This document shows, piece by piece, positions 51,684 through 61,083 of a DNA stretch of 64,000 nt. The number at the start of each line of letters is the position of its first letter. Position 1 is the stretch's first letter. The notes beneath the pieces are model-generated. The model saw only the letters and a list, made by a program, of their open reading frames with translations, did not search any database and was not told the DNA's origin. Origin of the DNA: Lysobacterales bacterium (lineage in GTDB: Bacteria > Pseudomonadota > Gammaproteobacteria > Xanthomonadales > SZUA-36); the NCBI GenBank assembly GCA_963664065.1, contig OY760942.1:2545689-2609688 (forward strand), in the 5' to 3' direction. Position numbers and translations under genes: made by a program.

Positions 51684-53068
51684 TGGAAACTGGCCAATGC
51701 TTCTTCGACGGCTTGACCGTTTTGCTTGTAAACAACCCCACCTTTCATCACAAAATCAACGTCCTGCAGAAGGTTTATGTATTTCAATACATCACCCTTT
51801 ACAGCGATAATGTCTGCGTAACGTCCTGCAACCACCGTACCCCATTCAGTTTCAACGCCCATGAATTTGGACGGCCATAAAGTAGCCGCCTGGATGGTTT
51901 CCATGGCCGGAATGCCCATGCCGCGCACCCAGACATCCAATTCGTTCCAGGTCGATTGGCAATGAAATTTCATCGGGATACCGCTGTCGGTACCGGCCAT
52001 CAACACCACGCCTGCCTCCCTGAGCTGGGTGAATTTGCGTTTCAAGGTCGGTTTCCGCTTGGGGGTCAGTTGCGTGTAGAGCAATTGTCCCGGTTCCAGG
52101 ATGGAGGATTTGATGTCTTCGATGGTGCTTTGCTCAAGTCCACGGTGCCAGCAAGTACTGTCCAGTTTTTCCGGATTATCGCGGGTATCGGTGTAATTCC
52201 ACAGGCCTTCTACCGTTGGCGTCCAGAATAAGGGCCCACCGCGCACCCGTCCGGTGGCCGTGCGTTCTTTCAACAAGCGCATGACATCCGGCGGGTACTC
52301 CGGAGCTGTCGCCAGGCCGGTATGTTCGAAATTGTCTATGCCGATTTCCAGGCCACGACGGATCTCGTCAGGCCGGTGGGCGTGCGCCACTACTTTCAAT
52401 CCGTGCTTGTGCGCTTCATCCACCACCGCCTGCGCTTCCTCGAGCGTCATATCGTCCTGGTCGACCAGTTTGATGACGTCTACCCCGGCATCTGCCAGGC
52501 GCTTTACTTTCTCCCGCGCATCACGCGCGCCGTCCACTCCCCAGCGGTAGAGTTCAGTCCCTGGATAGGGTGCTTTCTGGATAAACGGCCCGGACATGAA
52601 CATACGCGGCCCGGGAATCTCACCGGCATTGATCCTGTCGCGCACATCGATGGAGTCTTTCAATGGCGCCCCCAGGTCGCGGGCAGTGGTAACACCAGCC
52701 AGCAATAATTGTACGGCAGAGGCCGGCATGATTTCGCTGGCAAACCTGTCCTGGTATGCAGGGTGCCAATACGCGTAATCGGAATGACCGGTGATCATCA
52801 GGTGTACATGCATGTCCCACAGACCGGGCAGTACGGACATCGCATCGGTGGATATGACTTCATAATCATCCGGCACGGGCAAACTGGCAACGGTTCCTAC
52901 TTTCTCAATTCTGTCACCGGAAATCAGTATCACACTGTCCTGGATAGGCGTAGATCCAAAACCGTCGATCAATGTACCTCCAACAAGGGCTTTCTTAGCC
53001 TGCGCAAATCCGCTTGCAGACATCAATATGGCCATCGCCATAAGCGTCATGTACCTTAGTGCCTTCAT
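51680..53068 (-). CDS. Exported amidohydrolase-family protein
   Basis: MKALRYMTLMAMAILMSASGFAQA is the signal peptide. LPGLWDMHVHL is the metal-binding HxH. The ATG at 53068 is preceded by GAGGGAG, whereas the ORF-track start at 53083 is TTG. Confidence 0.85.
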   Translation of the reverse strand: MKALRYMTLMAMAILMSASGFAQAKKALVGGTLIDGFGSTPIQDSVILISGDRIEKVGTVASLPVPDDYEVISTDAMSVLPGLWDMHVHLMITGHSDYAYWHPAYQDRFASEIMPASAVQLLLAGVTTARDLGAPLKDSIDVRDRINAGEIPGPRMFMSGPFIQKAPYPGTELYRWGVDGARDAREKVKRLADAGVDVIKLVDQDDMTLEEAQAVVDEAHKHGLKVVAHAHRPDEIRRGLEIGIDNFEHTGLATAPEYPPDVMRLLKERTATGRVRGGPLFWTPTVEGLWNYTDTRDNPEKLDSTCWHRGLEQSTIEDIKSSILEPGQLLYTQLTPKRKPTLKRKFTQLREAGVVLMAGTDSGIPMKFHCQSTWNELDVWVRGMGIPAMETIQAATLWPSKFMGVETEWGTVVAGRYADIIAVKGDVLKYINLLQDVDFVMKGGVVYKQNGQAVEEALASFQ

Positions 53069-53218
53069 CGTTTTCTCCCTCAAGCTGTCACGCTATGTCC
53101 GTGTGCCACACTGATCTGTAATCAACATTATGACAAACCTGCAAAGTTCTATGCATTTCTTCCACACCGACAACAGCATACTGTGGGGGCGTATCCGGTT
53201 TACCTGCCGGAAATAAAC

Positions 53219-53980
53219 CTATTTACAGGCTACCCAGCCGGCAAAATTCATCCACCGCCAGAAACAGTCGGCCTGGGTAAAACCGGCGCTGAGCATAAAT
53301 TCTTCGTTCTGCCGTGAAGTAACGGGAACCAAGACACCTTCCAGGGACAGGCGTTTGCGTTCAACCTCTTCCTTGCTATATCCGTGACCGCTCTTGAGTT
53401 CGTGGTAAACCTCCGTCATCAATGCGGTCAAATCTTCCGTTGCCCCCAGGACTTTCTCAACCAGGATCAGAACACCGCCCGGTGCTGTGTGCACGTAAAC
53501 CTTGTGAAGAATTCGTTGTCGTTGATCAACAGGCGTGAACTGCAAGGAAAGCACGCAAAGCGTAACACTGGCCTGTACATCGGGATAAGGCCCGCGCAGG
53601 TCACGCCGCTCGATGTTCACGAATCCCGACTCAATTTCAGACCTGAATCTCTTGCGGGCAGATTTCAGCATTGGCTCTGATATCTCCAGCCCGAGATAAT
53701 TGCACTGCGAGTTGAATTTTTCCACAAACGGGGCAAGTGCATCACCGCGTGAGCATCCAAGATCCACAATATGGGTTCCTGGCTGTGCAAACCTGCAGCC
53801 GATATCGAACACCGCCTTTCGCATGACATCGTATTGAGGGATGGAACGACGCAACATATCGGTAAAGACCGAGGTTACAGACTGGTCGAACTCCCAGCGG
53901 TCCGAAGGCTTGTGCCCGAGGGATGATGACTTGTCTTCATTGTGATCAGGATCTTTCATTGGAAAAGACAGGGTTCTCAC
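53219..53980 (-). CDS. CmoA-like class I SAM-dependent methyltransferase / carboxy-SAM synthase paralog
   Basis: 253 aa, colinear with E. coli CmoA as recalled (WEFDQSVTSVFTDMLRRSIPQYD, GTHIVDLGCSRGDA, LSLQFTPVDQRQRIL, GYSKEEVERKRLSLEGVL). The GTG start overlaps the deaminase stop (GTGA), and an alternative ATG lies at 53959. Confidence 0.7.
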   Translation of the reverse strand: MRTLSFPMKDPDHNEDKSSSLGHKPSDRWEFDQSVTSVFTDMLRRSIPQYDVMRKAVFDIGCRFAQPGTHIVDLGCSRGDALAPFVEKFNSQCNYLGLEISEPMLKSARKRFRSEIESGFVNIERRDLRGPYPDVQASVTLCVLSLQFTPVDQRQRILHKVYVHTAPGGVLILVEKVLGATEDLTALMTEVYHELKSGHGYSKEEVERKRLSLEGVLVPVTSRQNEEFMLSAGFTQADCFWRWMNFAGWVACK

Positions 53981-54414
53981 ACCCCTATATCTTCATTCCA
54001 GAGTTGGGGTTTTTCCCTGATGAAATCGCTCATCATGCTGATGCATTCACGGTTTTGCTGGACTTCAACATCGACACCGCGTGATCGCAGCAACGCCTCC
54101 TCGCCCATGAATGTCTTGTTTTCCCCTACAACGACAGATGGAATTCCATAAAGCAAAATGGCTCCGGAGCACATGGAGCAGGGCGAAAGCGTGGTGTAAA
54201 TCGTGCTTTCACGGTACACAGAGGCAAGCTGTCTGCCGGCATTTTCCAGGGCGTCCATTTCTCCATGCAAAACGCAACTGCCCTGCTGCACCCTGCGGTT
54301 GTGCCCCTTACCAATAATACGGCCGTTGTGCACGATCACAGAGCCTATCGGTATACCGCCTTCAGCCATGCTCTGGCGGGCTTCTTCAATAGCGGCCTGC
54401 ATGAATTGATCCAT
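53977..54414 (-). CDS. Fcy1-type (CDA-fold) cytosine deaminase
   Basis: 145 aa. GGIPIGSVIV...GKGHNRRVQQGSCVLHGEMDALENAGR...IYTTLSPCSMCSGAILLYGIPSVVVGEN...WNEDIGV is colinear with yeast Fcy1, including the C-terminal tail. Confidence 0.8.
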   Translation of the reverse strand: MDQFMQAAIEEARQSMAEGGIPIGSVIVHNGRIIGKGHNRRVQQGSCVLHGEMDALENAGRQLASVYRESTIYTTLSPCSMCSGAILLYGIPSVVVGENKTFMGEEALLRSRGVDVEVQQNRECISMMSDFIREKPQLWNEDIGV

Positions 54415-54550
54415 TGATCGTTCCTTTGGGTTGTTCCTTATTAAACAAGGCTTTCTATACCTTTTGTAGATACTATTCTATTTGCGGCTTATTTGGGGTC
54501 AGAGTACTATTTCTTTTTCATGTTGTTGAATCTGCGCCAGGATCCGTCAT

Positions 54551-55939
54551 ATGAGCTCATTGTTGATCAAAAACGGCACCATCGTTACCTCCGGCGATCA
54601 TTATGCCGGAGATGTTTTTATTGAAGATGAAACTGTAGCAACCATAGGGGCCAGTCTCGATTTGACGGCTGACCGGGTCATCGATGCTAACGGCTGTTAC
54701 CTGTTCCCCGGAGGAATTGACGCGCATACCCACATGGAACTGCCTTTCATGGGCACCTTCGCCAGCGATACCTTTGAATCCGGCACGCTGGCCGGGCTGC
54801 ATGGCGGCACCACTTCGATTATTGATTTTGCCATCCAAACGCAGGGTGATTCGCTGGCAGCTGCACTGGAATCCTGGCATGAGAAAGCCGATGGCCACGC
54901 GGTTGGCGACTACGCATTCCATTGCGCTGTAACCGATTTCAACGACGATACACGCAAAGAGGTCCCTGCCGTCATCAATGAGCACGGGATCAATTCCTTC
55001 AAGGTCTTCATGGCCTACAAGGGATTCCTGATGGTGGACGACCGCCAGATATATGAGCTGATGCAGGAATTGGTGAAACACGGCGGCATCATCACCTCGC
55101 ATTGCGAGAATGGCGATATGATCGACCGCACCATCCAGGAGTTCCTGGCCGAGGGCAAGACCGAGCCGAAATACCACGTGCTGTCCCGCCCGGCAATCTG
55201 TGAAGCAGAAGCCAGCGGACGGGTGATCGACCTGGCCTGGCAGTCCGGCTGTCCCAATTACATCGTGCACATGACCTGCGAGGAAGCACTGGAACGGGTG
55301 CGCATGGCCACTACCCGAAACCAGCGCGTATTTGTCGAAACCTGTATCCAGTACCTGCTGCTGGATGATTCCTACTATTACAAAGACGGATTCGAGGGCG
55401 CCAAGGTGGTCATGAGCCCGCCATTGCGCAAGAAGAAAGACCAGGAAGCCCTATGGGCTGCCATTAACCAGAACCTGATCCACCACGTGGCTACCGATCA
55501 CTGTCCCTTCTGCATGGAACAAAAGGAAATGGGCAAAGATAATTTCTCCAAGATTCCCAACGGAGCTCCGGGTATCGAAAACAGAATGGAACTGTTGTAT
55601 TCCGAGGGGGTGGACAAGGGCAGGATCTCGCTGAACAAATTTGTGGAAATGAGTTCAACCGGGGCTGCCAAGATTTTCGGCCTGTTCCCACGCAAGGGCA
55701 CTATCGCAGTAGGCTCTGATGCCGATATTGTGGTGTTTGACCCCGGGCATAAACACACCATATCGGCTGACACACACCATATGAACGTGGATTACAATGC
55801 CTACGAGGGCTGGGAAGTTCAAGGCAAGGCGCGTACCACCATCCTGCGTGGCAAGGTTGCGGTTGACGAGGGCGTCGCTCACGTCGGTGAAGGCTTTGGC
55901 CAATACCTCAAGCGTCCGCCTTTTACACCGCATTTCTGA
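54551..55939 (+). CDS. Dihydropyrimidinase (D-hydantoinase)
   Basis: 462 aa with LLIKNGTIVT, PGGIDAHTHMELPFMGT, FKVFMAYKG (carboxylated Lys) and VATDHCPF. Confidence 0.92.
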   Translation: MSSLLIKNGTIVTSGDHYAGDVFIEDETVATIGASLDLTADRVIDANGCYLFPGGIDAHTHMELPFMGTFASDTFESGTLAGLHGGTTSIIDFAIQTQGDSLAAALESWHEKADGHAVGDYAFHCAVTDFNDDTRKEVPAVINEHGINSFKVFMAYKGFLMVDDRQIYELMQELVKHGGIITSHCENGDMIDRTIQEFLAEGKTEPKYHVLSRPAICEAEASGRVIDLAWQSGCPNYIVHMTCEEALERVRMATTRNQRVFVETCIQYLLLDDSYYYKDGFEGAKVVMSPPLRKKKDQEALWAAINQNLIHHVATDHCPFCMEQKEMGKDNFSKIPNGAPGIENRMELLYSEGVDKGRISLNKFVEMSSTGAAKIFGLFPRKGTIAVGSDADIVVFDPGHKHTISADTHHMNVDYNAYEGWEVQGKARTTILRGKVAVDEGVAHVGEGFGQYLKRPPFTPHF

Positions 55940-55952
55940 GGAGCGAGCAAGC

Positions 55953-56819
55953 ATGTCAAGAATGGTCAAAGCCGGCATCGTCCAGATGGCCAACCAGTTG
56001 GATACCAATGCTTCTTGCGAAGACCATCGAAAAGCGATGATCGAGGCGCACATCCCCTACATCGCCGAGGCGGGTGACCAGGGCGTGCAGATGCTCTGCT
56101 TCCAGGAGATTTTTACCGGCCCCTATTTCTGCCCCTCCCAGGACACGAAATGGTATGACGCTGCTGAGCCGATCCCCGATGGCCCAACCACGCAATTGAT
56201 GTGCGAGTACGCAAAGAAATACAACATGGTCATCGTGGTTCCGATCTACGAGGAACATATGACGGGTGTTTATTACAACACCGCAGCCGTCATTGATGCG
56301 GACGGCACTTATCTCGGCAAGTACCGCAAGAACCATATTCCACAGGTCGCGGGTTTCTGGGAAAAATATTTTTTCAAACCCGGCAACCTGGGCTACCCGG
56401 TGTTTGACACTGCTTACGGTAAAGTCGGCGTCTATATCTGTTACGACCGCCATTTTCCGGATGGCGCAAGATGCCTGGGTCTGGGCGGAGCAGAAATCGT
56501 GTTCAACCCTTCGGCCACCGTTGCGGGCCTGTCCCAGTACCTTTGGGAACTGGAGCAAACCGCACATGCGGCCGCCAACGGTTATTACATTGCTGCGATC
56601 AACCGTATCGGCGAAGAGGCGCCCTGGAATATCGGGCGCTTTTATGGCTCATCCTATTTCGCGGATCCGCGCGGGCAAATCGTCGCCCAGGCCAGCGAAG
56701 ACCAGGATGAACTGCTGGTTGCTGATCTCGATTTCGATATGATTCGTGAAGTGCGCAATACCTGGCAGTTTTACCGCGACCGCAGGCCTGAAACCTACGG
56801 ACAAATTACAGAGATCTGA
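55953..56819 (+). CDS. Beta-ureidopropionase / N-carbamoyl-beta-alanine amidohydrolase (nitrilase superfamily)
   Basis: The ATG at 55953 is preceded by GAGGAG. It has MLCFQEIFTGPYFC (Glu), YRKNHIP (Lys) and GVYICYDRHFP (Cys), which form the catalytic triad. Confidence 0.88.
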   Translation: MSRMVKAGIVQMANQLDTNASCEDHRKAMIEAHIPYIAEAGDQGVQMLCFQEIFTGPYFCPSQDTKWYDAAEPIPDGPTTQLMCEYAKKYNMVIVVPIYEEHMTGVYYNTAAVIDADGTYLGKYRKNHIPQVAGFWEKYFFKPGNLGYPVFDTAYGKVGVYICYDRHFPDGARCLGLGGAEIVFNPSATVAGLSQYLWELEQTAHAAANGYYIAAINRIGEEAPWNIGRFYGSSYFADPRGQIVAQASEDQDELLVADLDFDMIREVRNTWQFYRDRRPETYGQITEI

Positions 56820-56848
56820 TCAAATCAGGTCAGCAGGACTATGACAAT

Positions 56849-58201
56849 ATGAAAATTCTGGATCGTTTTAAATCAAGCAGTTCCAAAGCCGAAACGAATA
56901 CATCAGGTGATGAGGCCCTGTTGGCATCGCGCAATAAACATTTTTTGCCGCTGGCGCTGTACCACGACAAGCCCCTGCACCTGAAAAAAGCGCAAGGCAT
57001 GTACGTCTGGGACGCGGAAGGGAAAAAATACCTTGATTGCATCGGCGGGATCATCTGTATATCTGCCGGACACAACCATCCGAAGATCAAGCAGAAGCTT
57101 ACCCAGATGCTGGACGATGATGAAATCCAGCACACCAGTACGCTGTACCTGAGCGAGCACAACGTAACACTGGCAGAAACCCTGGTTGCGCAGGCACCGG
57201 ATGGCCTGGATCGTGTTTCATTTACCAATTCAGGCTCCGAAGCCAACGAAATGGCCTTTATGACCGCACGCCAGTCCACCGGCGAAACCATCATCGTCAA
57301 CCTGCGCCACAGCTACCACGGTGGTACGGCCGCTACCCTGGCGCAATGCGGACATTCCAGTTGGCGTTTTCGCGCGCAACCCAACGCCCAGGCAACCAGT
57401 GCTCTGGAGCCATATTGCTACCGCTGCCCATTTAACAAGAAACCGGAAAGCTGTGATTTTGAATGCGCCGAGAATGTTGAAACCACTATCCAGACGTCCA
57501 CCCACGGCAAGATTGCCGCAATGATCATCGAACCGGTGATGGGTGTAGGCGGTTTTATCACTCCGCCCAAGGAATACTTCGACCGGGTAACAAAAATCGT
57601 TCACGAGTACGGCGGCAAGTACATTTCAGACGAGGTACAGACCGGTGCAGGCCGCTGCGGGCAGGAATTCCTGCTGACCAAGGAACTGGAAATCGACGCG
57701 GACATGATCACCATGGCCAAGGGCTTCGGTAACGGCGCAGCCATAGGCGCCGTGCTGATGAAGTCGGAAGACGCGGACTCGCTGAAAGGCAAGATGTATT
57801 TCAACACCTTTGGCGGTGACCCGATGCAGACTGCCCAGGCCAAGGCCACCATGGACATCATCGCCGAGGAAAAACTGATAGATAACGCGCGTGAAATGGG
57901 CGCCAGGATCGTGGATGGCCTCAATGAAATGGCCAAAACCCACGAGCTGATCGGTGATGTCCGCGGACGCGGTCTCTTGCTGGGCATAGAGATGGTCAAG
58001 GATCGCAAGTCCAAGGAATTTGCAACGGATGAAGCCGCACGCTTTATGGACATGTGCAAAGACCGGGGTGTATTGCTGGGTAAAGGCGGCTTACGCGGTA
58101 ACGTGATCCGGATAGCACCACCAATGACGATCAATGCTGAAGAAGTCGATCACCTGCTGGAGGTTATGGACCAGTCACTGGCTGCATTGGGGTCAGAGTA
58201 A
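56849..58201 (+). CDS. Class III (omega) aminotransferase, probable beta-alanine:pyruvate transaminase
   Basis: 450 aa with SGSEANE, DEVQTGAGRCG and TMAKGFGNG (PLP Lys). It sits inside the pyrimidine-catabolism cluster. Confidence 0.82.
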   Translation: MKILDRFKSSSSKAETNTSGDEALLASRNKHFLPLALYHDKPLHLKKAQGMYVWDAEGKKYLDCIGGIICISAGHNHPKIKQKLTQMLDDDEIQHTSTLYLSEHNVTLAETLVAQAPDGLDRVSFTNSGSEANEMAFMTARQSTGETIIVNLRHSYHGGTAATLAQCGHSSWRFRAQPNAQATSALEPYCYRCPFNKKPESCDFECAENVETTIQTSTHGKIAAMIIEPVMGVGGFITPPKEYFDRVTKIVHEYGGKYISDEVQTGAGRCGQEFLLTKELEIDADMITMAKGFGNGAAIGAVLMKSEDADSLKGKMYFNTFGGDPMQTAQAKATMDIIAEEKLIDNAREMGARIVDGLNEMAKTHELIGDVRGRGLLLGIEMVKDRKSKEFATDEAARFMDMCKDRGVLLGKGGLRGNVIRIAPPMTINAEEVDHLLEVMDQSLAALGSE

Positions 58202-58263
58202 AAACTCATCAAAACGGGATCTGAGTCGAAACGCCGAAGGGAGTTTTTGCTCTGACCCCAAAT
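58186..58263. repeat. GGGGTCAGAG-family hairpin element (about 22-nt arms, 33-nt loop)
   Basis: ATTGGGGTCAGAGTAAAAACTC (58186-58207) pairs with GAGTTTTTGCTCTGACCCCAAAT (58241-58263). The left arm encodes the last codons (LGSE) and the stop of the aminotransferase. Confidence 0.8.
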
Positions 58264-58288
58264 TTCCCAATCCTTTTCAGGGAGTAAC

Positions 58289-59746
58289 ATGTCAGTTACA
58301 ACAGGTTCAAGATATTCGGGCGCGGACACCAGCCTGATCAACGTGGACATTGCTCCTGTTCCAGCGGAAAAAAGAGACTGGAAAGCGATCAGCTTCTTCT
58401 CGCTGTGGGTCGGCATGGCGGTCAACATCCCGGCCTACATGATCGCCGCTTCGCTGGTCGAAGGTGGCATGAGCTGGCAGCAGGCCATGTGGACCGTGCT
58501 GCTCGGCAATCTGATCGTGCTGGTGCCGATGGCATTGTCCGGTCATGCCGGCACCAAGTACGGTATACCCTTCCCGGTGTTCGCACGGGCCTCATTCGGT
58601 ATCAAGGGCGCTCATATTCCGTCCTTCCTGAGAGCCATCGTGGCTTGCGGCTGGTTTGGTATCCAGACATGGATTGGTGGCGCGGCCATTTACACCATAC
58701 TGATAATCTTTTGGCCCGGAGTGGCTGACGCGCCTGCAATGATGCCGGACTGGGTGGGTGTCAGCCTGGCGCAGTTCACCTGTTTCATGGTGTTCTGGAC
58801 CATGAATATCTGGTTGATCTGGAAAGGCATTAATTCCATCCGCATTTTGGAGCACATCGCTGCGCCTTTCCTGATACTGGTCGGCCTGGCCCTGCTGGCC
58901 TGGGCTTATCAGCGCGCAGACGGTTTCGGCCCCATGTTGCTGGCCAAATCGAAGTTTTTAAGCTCTGGTGAATTTTTCAACCTGTTCTGGCCCAGTTTGA
59001 CCGCGATGGTTGGATTCTGGTCAACCCTGACTTTGAATATTTCCGACTTTACGCGATATGCAAAAAATCAGCGTGCACAAGTTGTCGGCCAGTTATCCGG
59101 ACTGCCCACCACCATGACACTTTTCGCATTTATTGGCGTGGCCGTGACCTCCGCTACCATTGTGATTTTTGGCGAAGCTATCTGGGATCCCGTGGTGCTG
59201 GTCCGGCGTTTTGAATCACACTGGGTGGTGTTCTTCTCAATGGTTGCTGTCATTATCGCTACGATCTCGACCAATGCTGCGGCTAATGTTGTTGGGCCTG
59301 CCAACGCTTTTTCCAACATGATGCCTTCGAAAATAGACTTCAAGCGTGGCGGCTATATCACCGGGGGGATCGGCATCCTGATGATGCCATGGAAACTGCT
59401 GGCCGACCCCAGCGGTTATATTTTCACCTGGCTGATCGGTTACTCGGCGTTGCTGGGGCCGGTAATCGGTATTATTCTGGTCGACTATTACCTGGTGCGC
59501 GGCACGGAACTGGACCTGTCCGACCTTTATCGCCATGAAGGGCGTTATGCCGGTGTCAATCCGAAAGCCGTGATTGCGCTTTTAATTGGCGTGGCGCCCA
59601 ACCTGCCCGGCTTCCTTGCCCAGATTGGTGTGATTGAATCGGGTGGATTTGCCGTAGGACTTTATAATTACGCATGGTTTATTGGCCTTGGCATTGCCTC
59701 GCTTGCCTACTACCTGATGATGGGTCGCGAAAGGGCAAAAACATGA
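58289..59746 (+). CDS. NCS1-family nucleobase:cation symporter (cytosine/uracil/hydantoin type)
   Basis: 485 aa with about 12 TM segments. DIAPVPAEKRDW and the FWSTLTLNISDFTRY motifs are typical of NCS1. Confidence 0.88.
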   Translation: MSVTTGSRYSGADTSLINVDIAPVPAEKRDWKAISFFSLWVGMAVNIPAYMIAASLVEGGMSWQQAMWTVLLGNLIVLVPMALSGHAGTKYGIPFPVFARASFGIKGAHIPSFLRAIVACGWFGIQTWIGGAAIYTILIIFWPGVADAPAMMPDWVGVSLAQFTCFMVFWTMNIWLIWKGINSIRILEHIAAPFLILVGLALLAWAYQRADGFGPMLLAKSKFLSSGEFFNLFWPSLTAMVGFWSTLTLNISDFTRYAKNQRAQVVGQLSGLPTTMTLFAFIGVAVTSATIVIFGEAIWDPVVLVRRFESHWVVFFSMVAVIIATISTNAAANVVGPANAFSNMMPSKIDFKRGGYITGGIGILMMPWKLLADPSGYIFTWLIGYSALLGPVIGIILVDYYLVRGTELDLSDLYRHEGRYAGVNPKAVIALLIGVAPNLPGFLAQIGVIESGGFAVGLYNYAWFIGLGIASLAYYLMMGRERAKT

Positions 59747-61083
59747 GTATTAGCCAGGATGTAAAGGCCGGGCGTCTGAACGAACAGCAAATTACTGAGA
59801 ACTACAGTGATCTGCACCCGCCGTTGACCGAATTACAGGCCATCGAGGAATCCGCGCGCTGCCTGTTCTGCTTCGACGCACCCTGCATTGAGGCCTGCCC
59901 CACCGGCATCGATATCCCGGGATTTATCCGTAAGATTGCCACCGGCAATGTCAGGGGTTCCGCAGTGACCATACTCAGTGAAAACATCATGGGCGGAACC
60001 TGTGCCAATGTCTGTCCGGTCGAAGAATTGTGTGAGCAGGTTTGCGTCAAGAACACATCGGAAGAAAAACCGGTGGTAATCGGTATGTTGCAACGTTACG
60101 CCACCGACCACCTTTTTGAAAAAGGCATCCAGCCATTTACCCGTGCTGTTGAGTCGGGCAAACGTGTTGCCGTGGTTGGAGCAGGACCTGCGGGGCTTTC
60201 CTGTGCCCACCGCCTGGCAATGCTGGGTCACAGTGTCAGCGTTTTAGATGCAAAACCCAAAGCGGGTGGACTGAATGAATATGGCCTCGCGGCTTATAAA
60301 ATGCTGGGCGATCGGGCTGCGAAAGAAGTGGAATTTATACTCGGCATTGGGGGAATCAAGATTGAAAGCGGTATCACGCTGGGTGACGGACACACACTGG
60401 ATCAATTGCGTGAATCGTTTGACGCAGTCTTTATCGGGCTCGGACACAACGCTGTTAATTCACTGGGCCTGGAAAATGAAACCGCTCATGGTGTTCACAA
60501 TGCGGTCGATTTCATCGAACAGATCCGCCAGGACGACCTGACCACCCTGCCCGTTGGTCGCCATGTTGTCGTCATTGGTGGTGGTAATACGGCAATTGAT
60601 ATCGCGGTACAGGTCAAAAAACTGGGCGCCGAATACGTCACCATGGCCTACCGCCGCGGTGAAGAAGAGATGGGTGCCACAGATTTTGAACAGGAAGTAG
60701 CGCAGACCAACGGCGTTTTAATCAAGACCTGGGCTCAACCATCCCGAATTCTGGCGAACGGTAAAGGCATAACAGGTGTAGAGTTCGAGTACACACAAAA
60801 TGACGCCGAAGGCAGACTCCAGGGGACCGGTGAGAATTTTGTGCTACCTGCAGACCAGATGTTCAAGGCCATTGGTCAGCATTTTGTACCGGCGCCGTTT
60901 GAGGGATCAGCCGCACCCGATATGGAACACGGTCGAATTCAGGTCAATGAGCAGCGACGGACCAGCCTTTCCGACGTATGGGCAGGCGGAGATTGCGTGG
61001 CAGGCCCTGACCTGACCGTGGTCGCCGTTCAGGATGGAAAAATTGCGGCACATTCCATTGACGAGGCACTAAAAAATGGCTGA
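59743..61083 (+). CDS. preT: NAD-dependent dihydropyrimidine dehydrogenase subunit PreT
   Basis: The ATG at 59743 overlaps the permease stop (ATGA). It has CLFCFDAPCIEACPTGIDIP (Fe-S) and VAVVGAGPAGLSCA (FAD/NAD). Confidence 0.85.
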   Translation: MSISQDVKAGRLNEQQITENYSDLHPPLTELQAIEESARCLFCFDAPCIEACPTGIDIPGFIRKIATGNVRGSAVTILSENIMGGTCANVCPVEELCEQVCVKNTSEEKPVVIGMLQRYATDHLFEKGIQPFTRAVESGKRVAVVGAGPAGLSCAHRLAMLGHSVSVLDAKPKAGGLNEYGLAAYKMLGDRAAKEVEFILGIGGIKIESGITLGDGHTLDQLRESFDAVFIGLGHNAVNSLGLENETAHGVHNAVDFIEQIRQDDLTTLPVGRHVVVIGGGNTAIDIAVQVKKLGAEYVTMAYRRGEEEMGATDFEQEVAQTNGVLIKTWAQPSRILANGKGITGVEFEYTQNDAEGRLQGTGENFVLPADQMFKAIGQHFVPAPFEGSAAPDMEHGRIQVNEQRRTSLSDVWAGGDCVAGPDLTVVAVQDGKIAAHSIDEALKNG

